From positions 15,686,001 to 15,750,000 of the forward strand of contig CAIIXF020000001.1 in the NCBI GenBank assembly GCA_903813345.2: 64,000 nucleotides of DNA, given 5' to 3'. The notes under the pieces were generated by a model, which worked only from the letters and a program-made list of their open reading frames with translations, made no database searches and was not told the origin of the DNA. Origin of the DNA: Owenia fusiformis (Eukaryota). The first letter of the stretch is position 1, and every line of letters begins with the position of its first letter. Below are positions 51,576 through 64,000 of the stretch, piece after piece. A program made the translations under genes and the position numbers.

Positions 51576-52118
51576 AGGGAGAATCAGATCCACTGAGGGT
51601 GACAAAATTGCAAGCAACGTGTACAGTTGACCTCAAATATATTCCTTACAATGTCAAATATAATATCTCCCAAAATATCCATGATATGTTATGAAGTTGT
51701 GAAGTTATTAAGGATTCAAAGTGCCAAAATGGGGAAAAATTCTCCCAAATAATACAATTGGTAACCATAAAACAGAAAAATGAATGTGTTCTTGTAAACA
51801 TCCTTAGTTTTCCTCAAATATAGTATTGGTTACCATGGAAACGGGCGTTTTAGACACATTCGGCCCACATTTCGTAATTGCTAACAAGTGGATCTCAAAT
51901 CTAGGCACCACAAGCTTTCCAACGGTACCAAATTCGAGAATATGTTGCAACTGTACATTAAAAAGTACTTTCCTGGCACTTTTGAGCCATCATTCCGACT
52001 ACCTATATATACACTTGTACTTTTTAGAAAATAGACATGACAAGGAACGATAGGAGACCAAAATATTCTAAAATTGAAAAGAAATATTGTCAAGAGTACT
52101 CGATATGATTCTGCCTTT
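51576..52118. mobile_element. Kolobok-like MITE, longer copy
   Basis: Homologous to 27317-27691 with ~190 extra internal bp. Confidence 0.65.
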
Positions 52119-52886
52119 GAATTTTCATATTTATCCACCTGATGATCTATTTAGACAATGCTTAGAGAATCACAAATTGCAAAACACAAATTAAACCAAA
52201 CTATTGTAGGATCGAATTATTGATATTCTCGCATGACGGTACAAAGAAAGAAGTGGTCCTTTAATTCGTCCAGCTTAAACCTATTTTTACGTTCATCTTT
52301 CCACAGGAAGCCTTGTTAGAATGTTACAATTTTCCTAAATCAATTAACTGTCCTGGCAGTCTCATACATTTTTGGAATGTTGGTCCAGATTTTCAGTAAT
52401 CTTTAAATTAACTAACACAGTGAAACCTGTAAAGTTGAACACCTCTCTTAGCGGAACACTTTCAGTCTCAAGACCAACTGAATTAATGTTATATGAACCT
52501 CTATAAGTGGAACACCTCCCCTGTAGAACACTTTTCAGAGATACATAGGTGCTCAAGTAGACACGTTTTACTATTTAGCCATTAACATTGATAGGAATGC
52601 ATTAAATTCGGTTGTTTATATACCAGAAGAAGTATTGTTTCTATTCTTTAAGACATCGAGAAAATCTCTACCCTGCGTGCAGAGTCTAGTTAAACTACAG
52701 ACTAAGCTCTCTTTTAAGAAGTGAAGTCAAACGAATGCAAAGGGTAGAAAATCTCGTAACTTTAGTTGTGTTGGCACATCTGTTTCAAGGCATTCGAGTT
52801 CTTTTGTTTCATCATCGACATTGCTGATCGCTGTAAATAAAACACAACAATCTTTAAAACATTACATCCGAATGATAGAATATAGA

Positions 52887-53236
52887 GAATTTCTGCTAAA
52901 TAATTCACTATTAAAGGTGGAGAAAGTTCAAATATAAACAATAATTTCGTGACAAAAACTTCTGTTTAAATCCATGTAATTATTTAGAAAAATAAATATT
53001 GACGCAAATGTGCATAAAATTCTGACGTAACTTCAATAAATGACCCATGGGCGAACAACGAATTTCTGCTAAATAATTCACTATTAAAGGTGGAGAAAGT
53101 TCAAATATAAACAATAATTTCGTGACAAAAACTTCTGTTTAAATCCATGTAATTATTTAGAAAAATAAATATTGACGCAAATGTGCATAAAATTCTGACG
53201 TAACTTCAATAAATGACCCATGGGCGAACAACGAAT
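52887..53236. repeat. Apparently perfect 173-bp tandem duplication
   Basis: 52887-53059 equals 53060-53232 by eye; GAAT at all three junctions. Confidence 0.9.
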
Positions 53237-53294
53237 GAAGGGCTGCTAGATCACCCAAATCCTATAAACATATCCTATATGTATATAATATCTA

Positions 53295-53715
53295 TATTTA
53301 TCCTACACTTAGTGTACTAAATGTATAATAACATTAAAAAATAAAATTGATATTTATTTGCAAAATGAATAACCGGAGGATATCGTAACGATATACTCCG
53401 GGCGGAGCATATCATGACGATATACTCCGGAAAACCCAATATGCGGAGGATATTGTGACGATATACTCCGCTTGTTGATTTCCCGCCAAATTGACTCTAT
53501 TTGGCATGAAATTCATTTTGCAATGATATAATACATTTAGTACACTTCTTGTAAGTGTAGGATAATAAGAACATCCTATGATTTTTTTCAGAATATCATT
53601 TTAATCTACTCGGTGATATTGATATATCCACTCGTTCGCTTTGCTCTCTCGTGCAGATGTCAATATCACCTCGTATATAAAAATGATATTCCTCAAAATC
53701 ATAGGATATCCTATA
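53295..53715. repeat. Two adjacent palindromic elements; the first holds three 27-bp CGGAG.ATATC.T.ACGATATACTCCG hairpins
   Basis: tcctacacttagtgtactaaatgta is inverted at ~53532-53562; second palindrome at 53574-53707. Confidence 0.6.
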
Positions 53716-55455
53716 ATTATTAGTGATATTGTTCATATTGCATCTACCCGGTGAGCAATTATTTGTAAGGTAATAGTGTTACCTTGCTCATTGGAGTTGT
53801 TCATGGGTCCATCGTCATTGAAGGAGTGATGACCTGCTGTCACTAACCACTAGGTCGTCATCTGAATTTGGAACCACCGTTTGAGTCACACCTGCACTCA
53901 CATCAATCGCTACAGACAAAAACATTAAGCTTGCATTGATTTTTTCTTGTTAATCTCTTGCTTGCTTTTCCATATATAAAAGTGAGGGCAACTTTTGATA
54001 GTTAGAAAAGAAATAGAATAGAATACTGCATCGTTATATTTAATGTTTCTACGGCCAGCCCCGGGGGTCAGCCGAAATTATGGGTAAACGATTAACAAGT
54101 TACATTCTGATTGAATTAAACAAGACATTATTTCACATATCTACTGATATCAGGTTTGAAATTATCTAAGATGAAGAAACCTAGGTACATGTATAATATG
54201 TTGTAGCTATAATATTGCAGTTTTTGTCTCTATTGAGGCTATTTCGATGCGGCATTGTACTTGAATGTAACCTATATACTCATTAAAAGATGTCATCACA
54301 ACCTATATTGTGGCAGCGTACTGATCGATGATTTGTAGATAACCATCGGTAAAACATTTTCTGCCTATGAAACTCGCGAAAGTTTTTTTGTGTTTTAGCT
54401 ATACAAAACGAATTTTAGGACAATTATTCTATTTTCGTAATCCGAAGTCGGACTTAAAGAAATAAGTTATTCGTGTTCCTTACTTTGTAGAACTGGGTCG
54501 AAATAAGACGGACCAAAATATTCAGAAAAGTAGTTACAAAAAAACAAGAGTTATTTGTGATTGTATTACAATCTTCTGCAGTAACAATACCAATATTACA
54601 CAGATGCGATGGAGATATTTTACGATGCATATTTTGGGGCACATAAGCTTTCCCATTTCAGATATAGGTTGTCTGATTGAAATACATTCAGATGTTTCAC
54701 ATACCATTCGAAACGACATCGAACACCAACCGCCAAACGCCGAACACAGTCCACAAACAAATAATTAGAGACCATAACAATATGTCACCATTTTTGGTGG
54801 TGAAATAAAAAGGTAAGGGCGATGATTCAGACATTTTGCATTTCACTTTCATGATGGTTGCCATAGAAAATCAAAATTTGAACAGCTGTAGTCAATCATT
54901 AGTGGAGAGTCCCGTTAAAATGTCTAATAGGAACAGAGGGCATTCATTTGAGGCCTTCATTCCATGATTTTGTGGGCAATATTGTCTCATAAATATTTTT
55001 TCTCTCGGTTCTTTAAAATTTTGGATAAACCACCAAAATTCTCATTACTTTGGTTAGAAATGAAAAATTCCCGCCATTTTGAAAGCAGCGACCATCTTGA
55101 AAAAAATATTTACGCCCATTTGGATGGTTTCACCGATCGAACCCATATGAACCCATTATAAATAGTTTGATTCGCATATCTCATTTTCATAGATTTTCAC
55201 GGTTAGGCTCTCGGTTTCAGGGTATGTCACAAATAGAATGGTCTCGCTCGAAACGAGATCAAACTGGTCGAAGGGAAAATAGATCTAACAAAAAGGTTGC
55301 CCGAAAGGGAAAATAGATCTATCAAAAAGGTTGCCCGATTTCAAACCTCTGAACCTTGTCCAGAACAATTGCTTTGTTCGGTTTCAGAGTCCAATAAAAC
55401 ATTGATGTCTCATCTATCTTATACAATTTAAATACCATCATCTCTTATTCTCTTA

Positions 55456-56319
55456 CACTCCCCTCCATAAGTTTGGCAACCCTTTTTCCCCATTGAACTA
55501 CGTGTTAAAGCCTCTTTACCTTTGACTTTTTATTTACTTAACCTGCGATGAAAATACTTGTACTATTGATGGAAACGTAATTTGACTTTAATTCCAATAC
55601 CTCCAAAATTTTCTCAATTACAATAGGTCGAAAATTGATGATAAATTTGATTAATTTTTGAAAATCGACATTCCCATGTTAACCAACGGGAAATGGTAGG
55701 TTTGCCGCAAGTCATATGACAGAATATCCATCCATCCGAGTCTTTGCAAAAAATACGAGTTAGGCAGGCAATTGAATTTGCTAACTTTATTGAACAAAAA
55801 ATTGATATGTTTCTTCAGGTTCAACAAAGTTATAGGGCTTTAAAGTCAAAATTGTTTTTCAAAAAACCTCTCCCATTGAAATAACACAAGAGGCGAAAAA
55901 TTATTTTCAAAAATGACTTTGAAGCGCTGTAACTTTAATATTCATCAAATAAACTAAACACTTAGTGTTCAAAAAAGTTAGACAATTCAATTTTCTATAA
56001 AAAAAATATTTTTTGCTGAATCTTTTACTGATAAGATATCCTAATTTCTAATTTGTCCCGAACCCTCCATTTCCCATTGGATTACATGGGAATGACGATT
56101 TTCAAAAAATCATCAAATTTATCATCAATTTTTGACCTATTGTAATTGAGGAAAAAAATTGAGAAAATTTGGAGGTATTGGAAATAAAGTCAAGTTACGT
56201 TTCCATCAATATTATAAGTTATTTCATAGCCGGTTAAGTAAATAAAAATTCAAAGGTAAAGAGGCTTTAACACGTAGTTCAATGGGGAAAAAAGGTTGCC
56301 AAACTTATGGAGGGGAGTG
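55456..56319. mobile_element. Tc1-like non-autonomous element, long TIRs, TA TSD
   Basis: TA|CACTCCCCTCCATAAGTTTGGCAACC...GGTTGCCAAACTTATGGAGGGGAGTG|TA; inversion longer than 230 bp. Confidence 0.85.
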
Positions 56320-56868
56320 TAGGTCACCCTGTACCAGGAGGTTCAAGAATATTGCGACCGCTTGTGTAAATATTTAAATCCATTTAATGCCGAACACAAT
56401 GAGTCAAGACATATTTTTTAAAACAATAATTAAGTTGGTATTACACACAATAGAATAACAGATGAGAAACACAGTATGCCTATCACTATCCCAGACAATA
56501 CAAGAGTATATATTCGTAATTACCAAGCTATGGAACATCAACTTTTCCATGCAATTGTTAGTAACTACATAGCGACTCTAGCTATCTATGCACGTTGATA
56601 TATAAAACATGAATAGTACAATTATTCAATCTATCATAAATATTATACTCTAATACTACTATTACGTTTTGTTTGCAGGGTTCGTGTTCCCAGCGGCTGT
56701 AGTGTTGAGGCCAACGCTCCATTTTCTGCCGTCGATTTGTTGTCCACTGTAACACATAATCACAGACATTTGGGTCATGCATACATGCGTTTACTATATT
56801 TTGGAAAATCTTTTTCTATTTGTACTTATATCTAGACTATATAGGGTTACTAGTATGCTTATCTAGTA

Positions 56869-57848
56869 CAGGGTGTCCAAAAAAAAACAGGACCGTAAGA
56901 AAGTTGAATAACTCGGTCAATTTTGCATATTTTGCCTTGAAATTTTAGAATTATTTAGTTCATTCAATGTGAATTTTGTTCTGAAAGTTTGATGGTAATC
57001 TATTCATTGTGTCAAAAACTACAGTCCTTTACAAAACATGCTCAAAGTGGGCACTTCTCCTCTCTATGCACAAACGAATCCTGTGAACAAAGTTGTTAAT
57101 GACCCTTACCTACACACATTAATGTGGATGGTAAATATTGGGGTAGTTATTGCCCTCTTAAGATTGTTAGGGGCCTGTCAGTATACAAATTGGCTTAAAA
57201 ATTTGGGGGATTTAGATCAGGCGAATGAGCTGCCCATATGGTTTGCGTTCTGCAACTGATGAGCTGACCACCAAAGCATTGCCTAAACCATTTCAGCATA
57301 TCATTTGCAGTGTTGGGGTGGTATTGGCTTGTTGAAACCACTGCTTAATTATCTCCTTAGATGTCCCTTCTGGTGCTTAGTGACCTCCAAAACTTGGTGA
57401 GAACTTACTGGTCCTTGTTCATGGTGATAGCAAGTCCCCAGTCACCTTCGAAACAAAAGGGACTGATGATTCCATGTTTCCTCATTGCCACCCAGGGAGT
57501 GCATTGTTCAGAATGCAATGGATGCTGTAACACTTCATCAGGAGGATGTAAGCCCCAGTAGCAATTGTTCTTGGAACAAACTTGTCCATTCAGAAAGACA
57601 TGTGTGTAGGAGGATCATCAACAGCCTTGTTCGCCGGATTGAATTGTGCATAGGGATGAGATTTGCACATTTGGGGCATGTTTTGTAAGGAGCTGTAGTT
57701 TTTGACTCAAATGGTAGATTATTATCAAACTTTCACAACAAAATTCACATTGAATGAACTAAATAATTCTGAAATTTCAAGGCAAAATATGCAAAATTGA
57801 CCGAGTTATTCAACTTTCTTACGGTCCTGTTTTTTTTTGGACACCCTG
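56869..57848 (+). mobile_element. Tc1/mariner deletion derivative with decayed transposase C-terminus
   Basis: TA|CAGGGTGTCC...GGACACCCTG|TA, ~190-bp TIR; remnant ...RRIINSLVRRIELCIGMRFAHLGHVL* ends inside the right TIR. Confidence 0.85.
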
Positions 57849-59504
57849 TAGAAACAAGAATAGGTGTATGCGTCAGATGCTTGCACTAAGTCTCTGTCGC
57901 ATTTTATTATAAATTATCCCTGTGTCGAAGAGAAAGTGGGAAGCAACAGAGATTCAATGCAGGAAAGGCAATGCAACCTATTAGTATAAAGGAAATCAAA
58001 AGGAGACAAAAACATTTTAGATTACTCATATACCAAAAGGTCGAGTAATGTATCGCAGCCTTCTCTAGATTAAAATCTCTTCTACGCTCGCAACTATTTG
58101 GAACTATGCAGAAATGACCTATTTTTGTCATACCTCAGAATCAAATATATTTTAAATATATAGTTTGGTAATTAGATTAAAACTTTTTATTGAATTAAAG
58201 TACATTAAAGTAGTTAATATTAACACTGCTGTGATACTCGACCATTTGCTAATTTTCTGAACTACTCTTTAAAACCATGCATATCTTAGGGATTTGGTTT
58301 GTTCTAGATCTATTTATTAAAGATGGGCACCTTGTGGACATTCCCTGCGAGTCTATTTCTCACTTGATAGGGTAGCTATAACCATTTTATACTATCCATA
58401 TTTTGCAAAATATAGTGGGGAACTTAATGTTTTGGTATGGTCAAAATTGGGCATTTAAAATGATGGGTTCATTCTTAAACACCTTTAAACAATATTGCTC
58501 TTTACATTGTGTGCAGAAACATTGTCAGGGCTTGTCAACTTAAAATAAAAAAGAGAATATCTGTAGAATGAAATCCCAATATACATAATTGAAAGAGTAG
58601 GGATATTCAGCTGGTTTTGTGCTCGTTGCATATCTTCTAGCCTTATGCTATATGCAAACTTAAGAGTTGATGACATCACATCCCGTGTAAAATCTTCAAA
58701 AGTGGCAGCACCCATGAAGAGCATTACATTTTTGAATGATCTATTTCAACCATATCAAAACATTTCTCAATTTTTTGCTAATTATGGAAAGTAAATAAAT
58801 GGTTAAAGCTATCATATCAAGGAATACCCCTTTAACAGCAAAACCCAACGTACACAAATGGAGTACAGAGGAACCTCAATATTGAAATCTCGCGTACTTT
58901 GGGTTTTACTGTTTCTGTAGAGAAATTACAAAAGTATGTCATTCCTTTAAGTATGATTGAGACATGCAGCATTCTCCTTAAATACAACCTACATATCAAC
59001 AAAGAAACAAGTTAATTATCCTAAGCAATTACAATAATAATCCGAGTCAGTTTGAAAAGTCACATCTGCACTGAACAAACAGAACTCCATATTATATTGG
59101 GGGAGTATTGTCAGCTGTAAGCTTATTGTAGAGAAATTCATTTTACTGTTCTAGATTGTGCTTGTGCAAAGTGTAGAGATCATGAAAGCTCTGACACTGT
59201 TTTTTCCAATATTTGATATATCATTGGAAAACTGGAGTACCAGGTATTGGATCTGAGATCTGACCTGTTACAAAATTGATTAATAATGTATTTCTCACAG
59301 AGAATTAATCTATAGCAGTATGTTTGGTGGATTCTGAAACACAATTTTAAAATCTCAAGATTTTAATCATACCCTTTTCTAATGTCAACTTACATTTATT
59401 TATGTGAAAATTAATTTGATATTTTACAATTTATTTCACTTTCCTGATTTTGGTAACTAAAATGACACAAATACGGAGGATGGAAAATGAATGTGACTCT
59501 TATA

Positions 59505-62380
59505 GTTGATGGGGAGGTGGAATGATTGAGTGCTGTTTAAAATGTACTCATATTATCTAGATCTCGGGCTGCAGCGGGTGATATGGTGGTGGAATGATTG
59601 AGTGCTGTGTAAAATGTACTCATATTATCTCAGGTTGCGGCAAGTGATGGGCTAGCTTGTGATATGATCTAATGCTGTGTAAAATGTACTCATATTATCT
59701 CAGGTTGAGGCGAATGATGGGATGGTGGAATGATTGAGTGCTGTGTAAAATGTACTCATGATTATCTCAGGTTGCAGCGAGTGATGGGGTGGTGGAATGA
59801 TTGAGTGCTGTGTAAAATGTACTCATGATTATCTCAGGTTGCAGCGAGTGATGGGGTGGTGGAATGATCTAATGCTGTGTAAAATGTACTCATGATTATC
59901 TCAGGTTGCAGCGAGTGATGGGGTGGTGGAATGATCTAATGCAGTGTAAAATGTACTCATATTATCTCAGGTTGCAGCGAGTGATGGGGTGGTGGAATGA
60001 TCTAATGCAGTGTAAAATGTACTCATGATTATCTCAGGTTGCAGCGAGTGATGGGGTGGTGGAATGATCTAATGCAGTGTAAAATGTACTCATAATATCT
60101 CAGGTTGCAGCGAGTGATGGGGTGGTGGAATGATCTAATGCTGTGTAAATTGTACTCATATTATCTCAGGTTGAGGCGAATGATGGGGTGGTGGAATGAT
60201 TGAGTGCTGTGTAAAATGTACTCATGATTATCTCAGGTTGCAGCGAGTGATGGGGTGGTGGAATGATCTAATGCTGTGTAAAATGTACTCATGATTATCT
60301 CAGGTTGCAGCGAGTGATGGGGTGGTGGAATGATCTAATGCAGTGTAAAATGTACTCATATTATCTCAGGTTGCAGCGAGTGATGGGGTGGTGGAATGAT
60401 CTAATGCTGTGTAAATTGTACTCATATTATCTCAGGTTGAGGCGAATGATGGGGTGGTGGAATGATTGAGTGCTGTGTAAAATGTACTCATGATTATCTA
60501 AGGTTGCAGCGAGTGATGGGGTGGTGGAATGATTGAGTGCTGTGTAAAATGTACTCATGATTATCTCAGGTTGCAGCGAGTGATGGGGTGGTGGAATGAT
60601 TGAGTGCTGTGTAAAATGTACTCATGATTATCTCAGGTTGCAGCGAGTGATGGGGTGGTGGAATGATCTAATGCTGTGTAAAATGCACTCATGATTATCT
60701 CAGGTTGCAGCGAGTGATGGGGTGGTGGAATGATCTAATGCTGTGTAAAATGTTCTCATATTATCTCAGGCCGCAGTGGGTGATGGGGTGGTGAAATGAT
60801 CTAATGCTGTGTAAAATGTACTCATGATTATCTCAGGTTGCAGCGAGTGATGGGGTGGTGGAATGATCTAATGCTGTGTAAAATGTACTCATATTATCTC
60901 ATGTTGCAGCGAGTGATGGGGTGGTGGAATAATCTAATGCTGTGTAAAATGTTCTCATATTATCTCAGGCCGCAGTGAGTGATGGGGTGGTGAAATGATC
61001 TAATGCTGTGTAAAATGTTCTCATATTATCTCAGGTTGGAGCGAGTGATGGGGTGGTGGAATGATCTAATGCAGTGTAAAATGTACTCATATTATCTCAG
61101 GTTGCAGCGAGTGATGGGGTGGTGGAATGATCTAATGCAGTGTAAAATGTACTCATATTATCTCAGGTTGCAGCGAGTGATGGGGTGGTGGAATGATCTA
61201 ATGCAGTGTAAAATGTACTCATAATATCTCAGGTTGCAGCGAGTGATAGGGTGGTGGAATGATCTAATGCAGTGTAAAATATACTCATATTATCTCATGT
61301 TGCAGCGAGTGATGGGGTGGTGAAATGATCTAATGCTGTGTAAAATGTACTTATATTATCTCAGGTTGCGGCAAGTGATGGGCTATCTTGTGAAATGATC
61401 TAATGCTGTGTAAAATGTACTCATATTATCTCAGGTTGAGGCGAGTGATGGGGTGGTGGAATGATCGAGTGCTGTGTAAAATGTACTCATATTATCTCAG
61501 GTTGCGACGAGTGATGGGGAAGTGGAACGATCGAGTACTATGTAAAATGTACTCATATTATCCCAGCCTGTGGCGAGTGATGACTGGGGAATGATTGAGT
61601 TCTGTGTAAAATGTACTCATATTATCTCAGCTTGTGGCGAGTGATGGAGTGGTGGAATGATCGAATGCTGTGTAAAATGTACTCATATTACCTCAGCTTG
61701 CGGCGAGTGATGGGGTGGTGAAATGATCTAATGCAGTGTAAAATGCAATCATATTATCTCAGGTTGCGGTGAGTGATGGACTAGATCGTGGATTGATCTA
61801 ATGCTGTGTAAAATGTACTCATATTATCTCATGTTGCAGCGAGTGATGGGTGGTGGAATGATCTAATGCTGTGTAAAATGAACTCATATTATCTCATGTT
61901 GCAGCGAGTGATTGGGTGGTGGAATGATGTAATGCTGTGTAAAATGTACTCATATTATCTCATGTTGCAGCGAGTGATGGGGTGGTGGAATGATCTAATG
62001 CAGTGTAAAATATACTCATATTATCTCATGTTGCAGCGAGTGATGGGGTGGTGGAATGATCCAATGCTGTGTAAAATGTACTCATATTATCTCAGGTTGC
62101 AGCGAGTGATGGGGTGGTGGAATGATCCAATGCTGTGTAAAATGTACTCATATTATCTCAGGTTGAAGCGAGTGATGGGGTGGTGGAATGATCGAGTGCT
62201 GTGTAAAATGTACACATATTATCTCCGGTTGCGACGAGTGATGGGGAAGTGGAATGATCGAGTGCTATGTAAAATGTACTCATATTATCCCAGCCTGTGG
62301 CGAGTGATGACTGGGGGAATGATTGAGTTCTGTGTAAAATGTACTAATATTGCCTCAGGTTGTGGCGATGATGGGATGGA
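59505..62380. repeat. Satellite/minisatellite, 66-67 bp unit, ~43 copies
   Basis: (GTGATGGGGTGGTGGAATGATCTAATGCTGTGTAAAATGTACTCATATTATCTCAGGTTGCAGCGA)n. Confidence 0.97.
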
Positions 62381-63663
62381 GAAATGCTTGACTGCCGCTT
62401 AGCCTAAACATCATTAGATATTATGGCCTTTTGTTAGCTTTTTCTAGTTGAAGGCAGAAAGAGGTGATGAGTTACAGAATTTAGCCTAAAGGTGCGAGGG
62501 AGATTTCGATGTGTGCAACCCCAAAATAGAATTTATGAACTCCACAATTTAATTTACAAATATCGATATAAAACCATATTTGAAAAGTCTTCGACAAAAT
62601 AATTTGCGATAGGCGAAATCAAATCGGACTATCAAGGCCATGAATAATTTGTCAAACCGGTCAACAACTTATACACACTGAAGGTCAATGGTACTTAGCA
62701 GTGAATCTTATTTTTCTCAGGAAAATAAGTTTTAGGCTTGAGCAAGATCTAACCTTGACCAAATGTTGCTATGTTTGATCTCCACAAACGACAGGCTAAT
62801 TTGCCTCTTTGTGTTAGTGGAATTTAATAAGCCTGGCCTTGTTTCCATCTTGCTTGTATGCCTCTTAGAATCTGACATGTTCTAAAGCGTTCCATCAGAA
62901 GTTTCATAGATCATTAATGATCTAGTATGCTAAAAGGACTCAATTTGAATTTCTAACAAATCCCTAACGACATTAGTATGCTATATCCATGCCGCTATAA
63001 GCTTCTCTAATCTGGGTAAATGTAAAGTAATTTTGGAGGAGCATGGTAATGAAGTCAATGTTTTAGCACTGTAATAGTCAGGCTGTAATCAACGATGACA
63101 CTTGTTTCATTTCAAACGTTCTAGACTGTCGTTTTAGACTGTTGAAAGAGTTTGAGCACAGACGTGACCGACCACTAACGAATCTAGCTTTCTAGCCGAC
63201 TGAGTTACAAAGACATTACATTTCATGGGTTGTGCGCCCGTCGTATAATAGGAAACCATGTACAGTATTAAAACGTAATTAGAAACATGAACGTTTGGAA
63301 AGCTCAACCGGTCAAAGTATCGAACTACGAAATTAATACGAATGCATAAAGGATCAGTGTTAAATGAATCCCTCCCCACAAGTTAACAATCATAACTTCC
63401 CAAAGTAACTTAGGTCCAGACATTTCAACCGTATATACTGAAGTGATGGTAGAAGAAGAATACAAATAAAGGAATTCCATTAATGAAACAAAAATAGTAT
63501 GAATATATATATAGTTCCAAAATATGTTGGTTTAGTACGAGCTAGCTCAAGTCAAATGATGTGGGATAGACAAAATCAAATGGTCAATATCAAACCTAAC
63601 GCCGCCACCAAAACTCACAATAAACATTTAGTCACATTTAGTCACTAAAGGCAGATAGTTTGG

Positions 63664-63800
63664 CACAAGTGGCAAAGTTGCTATTAAATAGACAACAATT
63701 GTCCAAGATCAAAGAATTCATTAATTCGTAGTTTAACACAAGTGACAAAGTTGCTATTAAATAGACAAAAGTTGAAATTCCAAGAATTCATTAATTCGTA
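63664..63800. repeat. Direct repeat, period ~73 bp, 2 copies
   Basis: cacaagtg.caaagttgctattaaatagacaa...aagaattcattaattcgta occurs twice. Confidence 0.75.
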
Positions 63801-64000
63801 TCGTGAAGAGGCGGCGTGTGATTTTGATCCGTTGCATCCTTTCTACTAAAAGCACGAGGCAGACAAGTTACATTGCCCTCAGAATTGGCTAAGCACGAAC
63901 TTGATGAAGATTGTCTAGCTCTAAGCAGTATTATTTATAAAAGATCCCCTCATTCAGCTTGCATCATTAAGAATATATTAGTTCACCCCGAACTTTACGT

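Larger units (their letters stand above)
52727..53909 (-). other. Two putative 3' exons of an unidentified minus-strand gene or pseudogene (53909..53783, 52830..52727)
   Basis: Good acceptors (tctgtag, tttacag) and donor (AAG|GTAACA). The last segment reads AISNVDDETKELECLETDVPTQLKLRDFLPFAFV*. The first segment has a stop in every frame. Confidence 0.3.

Noticed and set aside
59505..62402. CRISPR array or repeat-protein ORFs (61003, 61403, 61866)
   Set aside because: Contiguous tandem units with no unique spacers and no cas genes; the ORFs arise from a 66-bp unit and are broken by stops and 67-bp variants

Overview
AT-rich eukaryotic DNA with GT-AG introns, probably from a marine invertebrate (a lophotrochozoan by the look of its repeats; this is inference). 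I assembled three multi-exon genes by hand. (1) A + strand 2-exon gene (6193-11724) encodes a signal peptide, a CBM2/CBM49-like domain, a Thr-rich stalk and a TM helix. (2) A - strand cytochrome P450 of clan 4 has 11 coding exons (29004-20549, 512 aa). (3) Head-to-head with it is a + strand PDZ-PH-PH gene resembling Pdzph1, with 11 coding exons (31911-46451, 788 aa). Two orphan exon-like segments lie at 52.7-53.9 kb. The rest is dense in transposons: two internally deleted Academ-like DNA transposons with long TIRs and 3-bp TSDs, a 5'-truncated L1/Tx1-like LINE, a tRNA-headed SINE, Helentron-type HINEs, and Tc1/mariner, Mutator, PIF/Harbinger, Kolobok, hAT and P-like non-autonomous elements, several of them nested. 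There is also a ~2.9 kb satellite with a 66-bp unit. I found no prokaryotic system or CRISPR array. Coordinates were read by eye; exon phases were checked arithmetically.
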